A stretch of DNA of 64,000 nt from Bacteroidales bacterium (GTDB lineage: Bacteria; Bacteroidota; Bacteroidia; Bacteroidales; WCHB1-69): NCBI GenBank assembly GCA_017438945.1, contig JAFRUI010000003.1, positions 8,664-72,663 of the forward strand, in the 5' to 3' direction. Below, one piece after another: positions 1 through 9,338 of the stretch. Both the position numbers and the translations under genes were made by a program. How positions within the stretch are numbered: position 1 is the first letter of the stretch; each line of letters opens with the position of its first letter. A model generated the notes under the pieces. That model was given only the letters and a program-made list of their open reading frames with translations, ran no database searches and was not told the origin of the DNA.

Positions 1-472
1 CGCGGATGACGGCAATCTGCTGGTAGTCTTTCTCCCCGAAGTAAGCCTTGTGCGGACGTACCCATTCGAGCAGGCGGCGCACGATGACGCCCACACCGTT
101 GAAATGTCCCGGGCGGGCGGCGCCTTCCATCACGTTGGCCACGGTGCCGAAGTCATAAACCTCGGTGGGCGCGACGGGGAAGACTTCCTCCACAGAGGGC
201 GCAAAAACGTAGTCGGCAAGGTCGCCAATCAGCTTCACGTCAGCCTCCAAGGTGCGAGGATACTTCTCCAAGTCCTCGGCATTGTTGAACTGCACGGGAT
301 TCACGAAGATGGAGCAGAACACCACATCGTTTTCCTCGTGTGCGCGGCGGATGAGCGAGAGATGCCCCTCGTGGAGAGCACCCATGGTCGGCACCATACC
401 GATGGTCTTGCCGGCGGCACGCTCGCGCACAGCAATGTCCATCAACTTCTCAACAGTTTTGATGATTTCCAT
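1..472 (-). CDS. panC: Pantoate--beta-alanine ligase (partial; runs off window start)
   Basis: Not in the ORF track. Manual minus-strand translation from ATG 472 gives MEIIKTVEKL...VPTMGALHEGHLSL...SIFVNPVQF...YPRTLEAD...RPGHFNGV...AYFGEKDYQQ, the canonical PanC motifs. Confidence 0.96.
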   Translation of the reverse strand, partial: MEIIKTVEKLMDIAVRERAAGKTIGMVPTMGALHEGHLSLIRRAHEENDVVFCSIFVNPVQFNNAEDLEKYPRTLEADVKLIGDLADYVFAPSVEEVFPVAPTEVYDFGTVANVMEGAARPGHFNGVGVIVRRLLEWVRPHKAYFGEKDYQQIAVIR

Positions 473-527
473 ATTGGTTTAAAATTCAATTACTTACAAA
501 AGAATAATTCTTTGCGGAAAGCGGTCG

Positions 528-535
528 CAAAGGTA
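528..535 (-). promoter_or_regulatory. Bacteroidetes -7 promoter element (TAnnTTTG) for panC
   Basis: caaaggta = TACCTTTG on the minus strand, ~55 bp upstream of the panC ATG. Confidence 0.6.
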
Positions 536-565
536 TATTTTTTTTTGACATGTATGAACCTGTTA

Positions 566-608
566 TTTTGGCTTTTGGCTTTTAGCTTTTGACCTTTGAC
601 CTTTTGCC
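566..608. repeat. Degenerate heptamer tandem array (ttttggc/ttttagc/tttgacc)
   Basis: ttttggc ttttggc ttttagc ttttgac ctttgac cttttgcc, read directly. Confidence 0.8.
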
Positions 609-647
609 AACGTCCTTGCCCCAACGTCTCACGTCTTTGATTAAGCC

Positions 648-1193
648 CTATTTAATATTCTCCTCCACCATCTCTTTCAGGTACGCCATCACCTCTGGTT
701 CTTGTAATGACACCCCGTCCAGTGCCTCATACACTTCATCCGTGTCCAACACGTATTCAACCTCTTCTTTCCCGTCTTTAACCCGTTGGAAATGAAACAC
801 AAAGTGGATTTCGGGATGGGCGGCGATGGTGAGCACCATGGTGCCGGCGAGGTCACCCATAGGGGGACGGTCAAGGTGTGACAAACCAAAGATGGCGGTG
901 ACAGTGGTGCCGACGCCCAGTTCGCTCTCAATCTTCATGGAGCCGCCGGTCTGCTCAGTGTTCTGCTTCAGCAACGGCAACCCGAGGCCGACCTTGCGCG
1001 TGGTGCGCGTGGTGAAGAACGGGTTTATGACCTTCTCCACGGTCTCCGCGCTCATACCGCAGCCGTCGTCCTTGAATATCAACGTCAGTGTGTCCGCATC
1101 GTGGTTTTCCAGAACCTCAAGCGTGATGTTGTTTGCTTTTGCACGGGTGGAATTCTGGAGAATGTCCATGATGTGCATCGACAAATCTTTCAT
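648..1193 (-). CDS. HATPase_c (histidine-kinase-like ATPase / anti-sigma-type kinase) protein
   Basis: N box (DILQNS), G1 (DDGCGM), F box (NPFFTTR), G2 (GLGLPLL) and ESELGVGT; no sensor or HisKA domain. Confidence 0.85.
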   Translation of the reverse strand: MKDLSMHIMDILQNSTRAKANNITLEVLENHDADTLTLIFKDDGCGMSAETVEKVINPFFTTRTTRKVGLGLPLLKQNTEQTGGSMKIESELGVGTTVTAIFGLSHLDRPPMGDLAGTMVLTIAAHPEIHFVFHFQRVKDGKEEVEYVLDTDEVYEALDGVSLQEPEVMAYLKEMVEENIK

Positions 1194-1195
1194 AA

Positions 1196-1531
1196 CTAGG
1201 CGTTTAGATAAGTGTAGATTTGTCCAGCCACCTCGAAGGTCTGCTCAGTGGTGCCTAAGACGGGAATGTCCTCTTCCTTGGCCTGCTCCAGCATGTCGTC
1301 ATCGGGTTTGTTGCCCTTCACGAGGATAACGCACGCCAGCTCTTTCAGCGAAGCGATGGCGATGACGTTCTTGTGGGTCTGCAAGGTCACCCAAGCGTGG
1401 CCTTCCTGCGCGAAGCCCATTACATCGCTCAGCAAATCAGAGACATAGCCGCCCTTGATTTCAGTGTCCATATTGTCCTCACCACAAAACACGGTGAGAT
1501 TCATTTTTTCTACTAATTCTTTTACGGTCAT
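1196..1531 (-). CDS. DRTGG-domain (HPr-kinase N-terminal-like) protein
   Basis: MTVKEL...GGYVSDLLSDVM...WVTLQTHKNVIAIA pattern; probable ATG at 1531 (the ORF track extends to 1552). Confidence 0.8.
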   Translation of the reverse strand: MTVKELVEKMNLTVFCGEDNMDTEIKGGYVSDLLSDVMGFAQEGHAWVTLQTHKNVIAIASLKELACVILVKGNKPDDDMLEQAKEEDIPVLGTTEQTFEVAGQIYTYLNA

Positions 1532-1563
1532 ATTGGTTGGTTTAAAGTTCAATGTTTAAGGTT

Positions 1564-2313
1564 TCAAGTTTCAAGCGTCAGTAGGACTTCGCGACCGTCT
1601 TCGCCGTGGAGGGCTTTGCGGATTTCTTCGAAGCTACGGGTTTCCATCTTCAGGTAGCAAGGTGCAGTGCCGATCACATCGGGTATGTGAGCGTCTGAGC
1701 TTCTGGTGAACATCTTGTTTTTCAGATATTTGTGGACTTTCAAGATTTCGTCTTTGTTGCCGTGCTTGGAGAGTTCCACCGCGTCGTAGTCCAAGTCGAA
1801 CGGGATGAATCCCAATTGCGCGATGAGGCTGTTCTTCATCTTGTCGATGTGCGCGGGCACGAACAAGCCGCCCAATTCGTGGACTTTGTCCGCTATCTGG
1901 TTGACATTCTGGTCGATGGCGGAGGTCAACAAGCGCGGTTCCTCATACACGATGTTCATCTCTTCGTCAATTTGCACCTGATCGCCGAAAATGTCAGGGT
2001 CGTTGGGGATGTTCGGGAGGTGTTCGTCAAGGTAGGCCTGGAACTTGTCCAATGATTCGTGGTCGCCGAAATAAGCCAGACAGTGCGCCTCCTCCTTGGT
2101 GGTCACCTCCGCGCCGCAGAGCACGAAAATGTCGCGGTTGTGGGAGTAATGCTCCGCCAACCGGCAGTGCCGCGTGGCATTATGGTCGGTGATGGCGATC
2201 ACATCGATGCCCCTCTCCAATGCGAGTGCGATGATGTTCTCCGGCGTCATGTCCAAATCACCGCAAGGAGAGAAAAGCGTATGCGTATGTAAATCAGCTT
2301 TATAGATGTTCAT
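1564..2313 (-). CDS. PHP-domain phosphoesterase
   Basis: DLHTHT, ITDHN, GAEV, AHID and SSDAH metal-binding motifs. Confidence 0.9.
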   Translation of the reverse strand: MNIYKADLHTHTLFSPCGDLDMTPENIIALALERGIDVIAITDHNATRHCRLAEHYSHNRDIFVLCGAEVTTKEEAHCLAYFGDHESLDKFQAYLDEHLPNIPNDPDIFGDQVQIDEEMNIVYEEPRLLTSAIDQNVNQIADKVHELGGLFVPAHIDKMKNSLIAQLGFIPFDLDYDAVELSKHGNKDEILKVHKYLKNKMFTRSSDAHIPDVIGTAPCYLKMETRSFEEIRKALHGEDGREVLLTLET

Positions 2314-2332
2314 TGACCAAAAAATTTGCGGG

Positions 2333-2378
2333 CAAAGATACTATTTTTTGCAATATTGCCTATTTTTTGTTACATTTG
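2333..2378. promoter_or_regulatory. Divergent Bacteroidetes promoters (PHP operon / glycogen gene)
   Basis: Minus-strand TATCTTTG at 2333-2340; plus-strand TTTG (2347-2350), 20-nt spacer, TACATTTG (2371-2378). Confidence 0.6.
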
Positions 2379-2418
2379 CAACTTGTTTTTTGAATTGATA
2401 AATTTGCCTTAATTATTT

Positions 2419-5400
2419 ATGAATCAGAAGTATAGCGATTACCTTTTTGAAACTTCCTGGGAGATTTGTAACAAAGTGGGCGGCATTTACACCGTCCTTT
2501 CTACCAAAGCGGCCACCGTGGTGGGCAACTATCATGATCACTACATCTGTATCGGCCCTGACATTCCGAAAGAATATAACGACGATTTCGTGGAGGATCC
2601 CACGCTGTTCAAGAACTGGCGTGACATCGTGGCCCGCGACGGTCTGAAAGTGCGCATCGGCAGATGGCAGATAGTTGGTTCTCCGGTGGTGTTTTTGGTC
2701 GATTTCACCAGCTTCTTTGAGAAAAAGAACGAGATTCTGACCAAATTCTGGCTTCGCTACAAACTGGATTCGATTTCCGGACAGTGGGATTATATCGAGC
2801 CCGCGTTGTTCGGCTATGCCGCCGGTCGTGTGATTGAGAGTTTCTACAATTTCTACTGCAGCTCGATGGACAAGATCGTGGCGCACTTCCATGAGTGGAT
2901 GACGGGTACGGGTATTCTCTACCTGGAATCTGTGGCTCCGCAGATTGCCACTGTGTTCACCACCCACGCCACCGTCCTCGGTCGTTGCATTGCCGGGAAT
3001 GGTCTTCCGCTATACGCTGATATCCAGCAATATAATCCGTTTGATACGGCTCAACGCTTCGGAGTGCAGTCCAAGTTTTCGTTGGAGTCTCTGTCGGCCA
3101 AGCACGCGGATGCCTACACCACGGTGAGTGAGATCACCAATCGTGAGTGCGCGGCGTTCTTCGAGAGACCTGCCGATGTGATCACCATCAACGGTTTCGA
3201 GAATGCTTTTGTGCCGAAGGGTGAGGAGTTTGACCGTAAGCGCAAGGCTGCCCGTGAACGGCTTTTGCAAGTGGCCTCCACGCTGATCCAGACCCAGATT
3301 CCAGACGACGCCCTGCTGGTCATAAATAGCGGTCGCTATGAATTCAAGAACAAGGGTATCGATGTGTTTATCAAGAGCTTGGCGAAGGTCGCCGAAGCCA
3401 ATCCGGACCGCACCGTTGTGGCGTTCCTCACCGTGCCCGCCGGTCACAGCGGTCGCCAGGAAGAACTGGCCGCCCAGATGACCCAGCCCGTGAGCGGAGT
3501 GCCCATGTCCGACCGTTTCGTGACCCATGTGCTACACGATCCCTACCATGACCCGATTCTCAACGAGCTGAACAATAACGGATTACATAACAGTCCTGAA
3601 CAAAATGTGAAGGTGGTCTTTGTCCCTGTCTATTTGGATGGCGAGGATGGCATCTTCAACATGAAATACTATGACTTGCTGATTGGCTTTGACCTCTCGG
3701 TGTTCCCATCTTATTATGAACCATGGGGTTATACTCCGTTGGAGAGCATCGCGTTCGGTATCCCGACCATCACGACCTCGCTGGCCGGTTTCGGCGCGTG
3801 GGTGCAGGAGCATTTCACCCAGCAGCAGAGTGTCAGTGTGATTCAGCGCACCGACCATAACGACGATGAGGTGGTGAAGGCCATCGCGGACCAGATTCTG
3901 TTCTACAACCATTGTACCCCACAGGCCATGGCCGACATCCGCAAGACGGCGGTCAATATCGCTGAAAAAGCCCTGTGGACGCATCTTTTCGCCAATTATG
4001 AGAAGGCGTACGACATCGCGTTGGGTAAGAGCGGCGAGCGTTACGCGCAATACCAGAACAAGACCTCCAATGTGGGCGTGATGGTGCAGGAACTCCAAGT
4101 GGAGAAACCGGCCTGGCATCGCGTCTCTGTGAAATCCCATCTGCCTGAGCAGCTGCGTCTTTTGGAAAAATTGTCGGAGAATTTGTGGTGGAGCTGGACG
4201 TTCGAGGCCCGCGAACTGTTTGAGGAAATTGCGGGTCCCTCCCTTTGGAAGGCATGCGAAGAAAACCCCGTCCACATGTTGCAACTGCTGCCGCTGGAAA
4301 GAATGGAGAACTTCGCCCATAACGAAGAATATATCAGCAAGTTGAAGAATGTATATGAACGGTTTACGGCTTATATGCAGGAGCCGTGCAACCGCAAGGA
4401 GGACCGTATCGCCTACTTCAGCATGGAGTTCGGTATCAGCAACGAGCTGAAGATTTTCTCCGGCGGTCTCGGCATGTTGGCCGGCGACTACCTCAAGGAG
4501 GCCAGCGACTGCAACGTGAACATGCTTGGCGTGGGTCTTCTCTACCGCTATGGCTATTTCAAGCAGCAGATTTCCGCATACGGCGAGCAGGTCAACCTTT
4601 ACCCGCCGCAAAGCTTCTCCAAACTGCCCATCAAGCCCTACAAGGACAAGGATGGCAACTGGCTCATGGTCAGCGTGGCGATGCCCGGCCGTAACCTCTA
4701 CGCCCGCATCTGGCGCGTGGATGTCGGTCGCATACCGCTCTATCTCCTTGATACCGACTTCGATAAGAACTGGCAAGAGGATCGCGGCGTGACGGCAACC
4801 TTGTACGGCGGCGATGTCGAAAACCGTCTCAAACAGGAGATTCTGCTCGGTATCGGCGGTGTGCGTATGCTCAAGGCCATCGGCGAAACCCCGACCATCT
4901 TCCATCTCAACGAAGGCCATGCCGCCTTCCTGAATCTGGAACGCATCCTGCAAGTGATGCAGAATGAGCATGTGAACCGTCAGATGGCGGTCGAGTTGGT
5001 GAAGGCCTCGTCGCTTTACACCACCCACACGCCCGTGCCCGCCGGTCACGATGCTTTCACGGAAGATCTGATGCGCACCTATTTCGCCACCTACTCCCAG
5101 CAGTTCAACGTAAGTTGGGAGACGTTCATGGGCTTCGGCCGCAGACACGACGGAAACACCTTCGACAAGTTCTCGATGAGCATCCTCGCGTGTCGTTTTT
5201 CCCAGGAAATCAACGGGGTGAGCCGCATTCACGGGCGCGTGTCGCAGGAGATGTTCGCCGACCTCTATGAGGGGCGTTTCGCAGAAGAATCGCACATCGG
5301 CTATGTCACCAACGGCGTGCATTACCCGACATGGGCGCACAAGAAATGGCAGACGCTGCACCGCAGTATTTTCGGCGAAGGCCTGACCAAAGATTGTTCC

Positions 5401-6648
5401 AATCCGTTGGTATGGAAGAAAATAAACGACGTCCCCGATGCAGACCTTTGGCTCATCAAGCAGGAGTTGCGTCAGGAGATGATGACGGCCATCAAGGAGA
5501 TGCTGGCCGAGCAGATGCGCACTCGCAACGAGTCGCCTGCGCTCATCGAGGCCACTCTCAAGTCGCTGCGCGACGATGTGCTCACCATCGGTTTCGCCCG
5601 TCGTTTCGCCACCTACAAACGCGCCCATCTGCTCTTCATGAACGAGCAGAAACTCAAGGCGTTGCTCAACAATCCCGAACGCCCGGTGCAGTTCATCTTC
5701 GCCGGCAAGGCGCACCCGCACGACAAGGCTGGTCAGGATCTCATCAAACGCATCATCGAGTTGAGCCGTCGTCCCGAATTTATCGGCAAGATCATCTTCG
5801 TGGAAAACTACAACATGATCTTGGCCAAGAAGTTGGTGTCGGGTTGCGATGTCTGGATGAACACTCCGACCCGTCCGTTGGAGGCCTCCGGCACCAGCGG
5901 CGAGAAAGCCGTGATGAACGGAGTGCTGAATCTCAGCGTGTTGGACGGCTGGTGGGCCGAGGGTTATGTTCCCGGTGCCGGCTGGGCGCTCAAAGAGCAG
6001 ATCACTTATCAGGACAACCGTTTGCAGGACGAATTGGATGCGGAAACGCTCTATAACATTATCGGAGAGCAGATTACAGCGGCATTCTACAATCGTGATG
6101 CGCAAGGCATTCCCACCGAATGGGTCGCCATGATGAAGAAATGCTTCACCCAGATTTCCCCGCATTTCACCATGAAGCGCCAGTTGGACGACTATTACCG
6201 CAAGTTCTATCACAAATTGATGAACAGAAGCCGCCTGTTGGGCGCCAATGACAACGAAAATGTCCGGATTCTGCTCAAATGGCGCGAGAATGTCCTTGCC
6301 GGCTGGAATGACATCGAATGTGTCGGCGTGGATTATCCCAAGAACGACAAAAACACCTATTGCGTGGGCGACCGTATGCAATGCCGTCTAGAGTTGCGTC
6401 TCGGGTCGTTGCGCCCGCAGGATGTGAAAGTGGAGATGGTGTTTGTCACGGCTGAGGATCATGGCCGGAGACCCAAGCTGGAATACAAGGTGCATTTCGT
6501 GTTCGAGACGGAGCGTGACGGCATCTACACGTTCGTCTGTTCCGAGGTTGCGCAGCGCATCGGCGTGTGGGACTGCGCGGTCCGCGTCATCCCCAACCAC
6601 GAGCTGCTGCCTCACGACCAGGACTTCAATATCGTGAGATGGATCTAA
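2419..6648 (+). CDS. Fused GT3 glycogen synthase + GT35 alpha-glucan phosphorylase
   Basis: N-terminal WEICNKVGGIYTV, FHEW and PSYYEPWGYTPLE (GT3). C-terminal YFSMEFG, GGLG, LNEGH, FARRFATYKR and EASGTSGEKAVMNG (PLP lysine; GT35). One uninterrupted 1409-aa ORF. Confidence 0.93.
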   Translation: MNQKYSDYLFETSWEICNKVGGIYTVLSTKAATVVGNYHDHYICIGPDIPKEYNDDFVEDPTLFKNWRDIVARDGLKVRIGRWQIVGSPVVFLVDFTSFFEKKNEILTKFWLRYKLDSISGQWDYIEPALFGYAAGRVIESFYNFYCSSMDKIVAHFHEWMTGTGILYLESVAPQIATVFTTHATVLGRCIAGNGLPLYADIQQYNPFDTAQRFGVQSKFSLESLSAKHADAYTTVSEITNRECAAFFERPADVITINGFENAFVPKGEEFDRKRKAARERLLQVASTLIQTQIPDDALLVINSGRYEFKNKGIDVFIKSLAKVAEANPDRTVVAFLTVPAGHSGRQEELAAQMTQPVSGVPMSDRFVTHVLHDPYHDPILNELNNNGLHNSPEQNVKVVFVPVYLDGEDGIFNMKYYDLLIGFDLSVFPSYYEPWGYTPLESIAFGIPTITTSLAGFGAWVQEHFTQQQSVSVIQRTDHNDDEVVKAIADQILFYNHCTPQAMADIRKTAVNIAEKALWTHLFANYEKAYDIALGKSGERYAQYQNKTSNVGVMVQELQVEKPAWHRVSVKSHLPEQLRLLEKLSENLWWSWTFEARELFEEIAGPSLWKACEENPVHMLQLLPLERMENFAHNEEYISKLKNVYERFTAYMQEPCNRKEDRIAYFSMEFGISNELKIFSGGLGMLAGDYLKEASDCNVNMLGVGLLYRYGYFKQQISAYGEQVNLYPPQSFSKLPIKPYKDKDGNWLMVSVAMPGRNLYARIWRVDVGRIPLYLLDTDFDKNWQEDRGVTATLYGGDVENRLKQEILLGIGGVRMLKAIGETPTIFHLNEGHAAFLNLERILQVMQNEHVNRQMAVELVKASSLYTTHTPVPAGHDAFTEDLMRTYFATYSQQFNVSWETFMGFGRRHDGNTFDKFSMSILACRFSQEINGVSRIHGRVSQEMFADLYEGRFAEESHIGYVTNGVHYPTWAHKKWQTLHRSIFGEGLTKDCSNPLVWKKINDVPDADLWLIKQELRQEMMTAIKEMLAEQMRTRNESPALIEATLKSLRDDVLTIGFARRFATYKRAHLLFMNEQKLKALLNNPERPVQFIFAGKAHPHDKAGQDLIKRIIELSRRPEFIGKIIFVENYNMILAKKLVSGCDVWMNTPTRPLEASGTSGEKAVMNGVLNLSVLDGWWAEGYVPGAGWALKEQITYQDNRLQDELDAETLYNIIGEQITAAFYNRDAQGIPTEWVAMMKKCFTQISPHFTMKRQLDDYYRKFYHKLMNRSRLLGANDNENVRILLKWRENVLAGWNDIECVGVDYPKNDKNTYCVGDRMQCRLELRLGSLRPQDVKVEMVFVTAEDHGRRPKLEYKVHFVFETERDGIYTFVCSEVAQRIGVWDCAVRVIPNHELLPHDQDFNIVRWI

Positions 6649-6650
6649 TC

Positions 6651-6684
6651 AATTGATAATTGATAATGGATAATGGATAATTAG
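6651..6684. repeat. Heptamer tandem array (aattgat/aatggat)
   Basis: aattgat aattgat aatggat aatggat aattag, directly after the stop of the glycogen gene. Confidence 0.85.
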
Positions 6685-6716
6685 TGGTTGGTTTGGGTTC
6701 TATTTTGGATTTAGAC

Positions 6717-7376
6717 ATGAATCAATCTCTTATATCGTTCTGGCTGACGGAATTCGATCCTTTCACCACGGCAATTGTAGCCAATGGTGAGGTTCCTTCG
6801 TCTGAACTGTCAATACGGTTGTTACGGAAAATGAAGCGCATCATTTGTTGTGATGGTGCGCTTCAGAAGTTATTGTCTATAAACATTATACCGGATGTCA
6901 TCGTGGGTGACGGGGATTCGATGGATCGCGAGGAATTGTCGCGACATAATATTCCTTATCACGCCGATCGCAGCGAGGAATACAACGACCTCCAGAAGGC
7001 ATTGAAATATTGTATGGCCAATGGATACGACGACGTGTTGTTGTTGGGCTGCGGTGGTCTGCGCGAGGATCATTTCATCGCCAACCTGAGCATATTAGTG
7101 ATGTATTCCGAAAAGATGCGGCTGGCCATGCAGACTGAGCACGGCGTCTTCAATGTGATGCGTGGTACGTCCATGTTCCGTTCTGTTACGGGGATGCAGG
7201 TCTCCGTCTTCCCGAGCAACCTGCACACAAAACTTTCCTTCAGCGGACTGAAATATCCTGTCAACAACCGTTCTTTTAACTGGTTATGGGAGGGAAGTTT
7301 GAACGAGTCGGTGGGCAGTGCGTTCACCGTGGAGGCAGATGATGAGGAACCGGTGGTGGTGTATAGGACACTATAA
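6717..7376 (+). CDS. thiN: Thiamine diphosphokinase
   Basis: ANG, CCDGA, IVGDGDS, NDLQKAL, GLREDHFIANL and GLKYP motifs; ATG 6717 preferred over GTG 6684. Confidence 0.9.
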   Translation: MNQSLISFWLTEFDPFTTAIVANGEVPSSELSIRLLRKMKRIICCDGALQKLLSINIIPDVIVGDGDSMDREELSRHNIPYHADRSEEYNDLQKALKYCMANGYDDVLLLGCGGLREDHFIANLSILVMYSEKMRLAMQTEHGVFNVMRGTSMFRSVTGMQVSVFPSNLHTKLSFSGLKYPVNNRSFNWLWEGSLNESVGSAFTVEADDEEPVVVYRTL

Positions 7377-7406
7377 TGCTGAATGCTGAATGTTGAATGC
7401 TGAATG
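7375..7406. repeat. Heptamer tandem array (aatgctg)
   Basis: aatgctg aatgctg aatgttg aatgctg aatg. Confidence 0.85.
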
Positions 7407-7482
7407 ATGGGGTGTTGATCGGACCTGTTCTATTCTATGATTTAATTTTTCGCCACGATGATTGCTATATGAAATAATTTTG

Positions 7483-7490
7483 TATCTTTG
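7483..7490 (+). promoter_or_regulatory. -7 promoter element of the TA operon
   Basis: TATCTTTG 25 bp upstream of the antitoxin ATG. Confidence 0.6.
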
Positions 7491-7515
7491 CGGCGTAAAT
7501 TTAAATCATATTGAA

Positions 7516-7803
7516 ATGTCGCAAGTGTCTATGACAGTGAGAATGGACTCACAATTGAAAACCGTATTTGAGGCGTTGTGCTCAGAGTTCGGCATGAGCG
7601 TGAACACCGCTATTAACGTGTTTGCGAGAACAGTCGTGCAGCGCAGGTGTATCCCTTTCGAAATCCGAGCCGATGAGAAAAAATCGGTCGCCGAAAGGAT
7701 GGCTGCATTCCGCAATATGCGGGAATGGGCCGAGAATGGAAATACGCCGGAACTGACTTTGGAAGAAATTAACGAAGAGATTGACAAAACCAGAAACAAA
7801 TAA
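7516..7803 (+). CDS. RelB/DinJ-family antitoxin
   Basis: MSQVSMTVRMDSQLK...FGMSVNTAINVFARTVVQRRCIPFEI (RHH, DinJ-like) with an LTLEEINEEI tail; ATG 7516. Confidence 0.88.
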   Translation: MSQVSMTVRMDSQLKTVFEALCSEFGMSVNTAINVFARTVVQRRCIPFEIRADEKKSVAERMAAFRNMREWAENGNTPELTLEEINEEIDKTRNK

Positions 7804-8207
7804 TGAAATATTTTGCCGTTTTCGACACCAATGTTCTGGTGTCAGCCATGATTACACATAATTCGGACTCTGCCACCGTTAAAGTGTTGGAACAGGTGGT
7901 GAAGGGTCGTATCGTCCCTTTGTTCAACGACGAAATTCTTCTAGAATATCAGGAGGTCCTGAATCGTGACAAGTTCAATCTACGAGAGGATGATATCCTG
8001 AATATGCTTGACCTGATAATTGATAATGGTTGTTGGGCGGGACATAGAGCCACAGATTTCCCATTCACCGATGCAGACGACATCGTCTTTTTTGAAGTGG
8101 CCATGTCCAAGGAAGGTTCATTTCTTGTGACGGGAAACACCAAACATTTCCCCAAAGTGCCTACAGTGGTGACTCCGGCAGAAATGCTGGAGATTATCGG
8201 AGTGTAG
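7803..8207 (+). CDS. PIN-domain (VapC-like) toxin
   Basis: VFDTNVLVSA, EY.EVL.R, DADD..F and LVTGNTKHFP; overlaps the antitoxin stop (TAATG). Confidence 0.9.
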   Translation: MKYFAVFDTNVLVSAMITHNSDSATVKVLEQVVKGRIVPLFNDEILLEYQEVLNRDKFNLREDDILNMLDLIIDNGCWAGHRATDFPFTDADDIVFFEVAMSKEGSFLVTGNTKHFPKVPTVVTPAEMLEIIGV

Positions 8208-8316
8208 AATTCCATGTGCAGGGAAATCTTCCCAGCATTGACGGCACTTTTGTGCAGAGTTCTTGCTACTTGAGGTTCAGCGTACCATAAACTTTTGTAT
8301 TTTTGCCGACATAAAT

Positions 8317-9129
8317 ATGGATGAAATGAAAAACACCTATACCGACAAAGTCGTCTGGATCACCGGCACCTCCTCCGGCATCGGCAAAGAGACCGCCTTC
8401 CGCTTCGCTGAGGCGGGGGCTCGACTGATCCTCACGGCATTAGAACCCGACCTGCTGGAGCAGGTGCGCGAGGAGTGTCTGCGACTGGGCGCCAAAGACG
8501 TGACCTGCCTGCCGTTCGACCTCGGGCAGACCGACGCGCTGCTGCAACTCGCCGCCGACGCCCTCAACGCCTACGGGCGCATCGATGTCTTTTACAACAA
8601 TGCCGGCATCAGCCAGCGCGGCACCACCGTGGAGACCGACATGGCCGTCATCCGCAAGGTGATGGACATCGACTTCTACGCACCGGTGATCCTCACCAAG
8701 GCCGTGTTGCCCAAGATGATCGAGCAGGGTGGGGGACAGCTGGCCGTCACCACCAGCATCGCCGGACTCTTCGGATTCCCGCTACGGTGCGCCTACTCGT
8801 CGGCGAAGCACGCCCTCTACGGCTTCTTTGAGACCGTGGCGGCGGAGAACTACAAGGACGGCATCCGTGTCACCATCCTCACGCCCGGCCGCGTGCAGAC
8901 CAACATCTCCGTCAATTCGTTGGAGAAGGACGGCCGCAAGCACGGCAAGATGGACGCGGGCCAGGCCGGCGGCATCACCCCCGAGAAGGCCTCCCGTATC
9001 ATCTTCAACGCCATCGCCAAGGAGAAACGCGAACAACTCGTCGGCAGCTCCGAACTCATCATGGCCCACATCAAACGGTTCTTCCCCGGCCTCTGCGCGA
9101 AACTGGCCCGGAAGATCAAACCGATGTGA
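8317..9129 (+). CDS. Short-chain dehydrogenase/reductase
   Basis: TGTSSGIG, NNAG and YSSAK; start at 8317 or 8326, downstream of TATTTTTG at 8298-8305. Confidence 0.92.
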   Translation: MDEMKNTYTDKVVWITGTSSGIGKETAFRFAEAGARLILTALEPDLLEQVREECLRLGAKDVTCLPFDLGQTDALLQLAADALNAYGRIDVFYNNAGISQRGTTVETDMAVIRKVMDIDFYAPVILTKAVLPKMIEQGGGQLAVTTSIAGLFGFPLRCAYSSAKHALYGFFETVAAENYKDGIRVTILTPGRVQTNISVNSLEKDGRKHGKMDAGQAGGITPEKASRIIFNAIAKEKREQLVGSSELIMAHIKRFFPGLCAKLARKIKPM

Positions 9130-9193
9130 CGATGAGGCGATGAGACGATGAGGCGATGAGACGATGAGACGATGAGGCGATGAGACGATGAAT
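9122..9193. repeat. Octamer tandem array (cgatgagR) x9
   Basis: cgatgtga cgatgagg cgatgaga cgatgagg cgatgaga cgatgaga cgatgagg cgatgaga cgatgaat; overlaps the SDR stop. Confidence 0.95.
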
Positions 9194-9230
9194 GGACGAT
9201 GATCGACAAAAGATGCGGTCGAAGCACCAC

Positions 9231-9303
9231 TCCCCCCTTCAGGGGGGGGATGCCCGCAGGGCAGGGGGGTAATAACCCCACACAAGCGAAGCGCAGTGTG
9301 GGG
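9231..9303. repeat. GC-rich REP-like palindrome cluster
   Basis: Three consecutive hairpins: tcccccc-ttcagg-gggggga, tgccc-gca-gggca and ccccacac-aagcgaagcgca-gtgtgggg. Confidence 0.7.
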
Positions 9304-9338
9304 CTCACAAACGAAAGTATAAATAAAACCGAAATAGT

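Noticed and set aside
50-592. 180-aa plus-strand ORF
   Set aside because: Antisense shadow of panC, which has all the family motifs on the minus strand.
3583-6381. 932-aa minus-strand ORF, and similar long antisense ORFs (e.g. 9351-10298, 12751-13764, 26773-27702, 48627-49817, 50189-51136)
   Set aside because: Shadows of GC3-rich genes on the opposite strand; no recognisable motifs.
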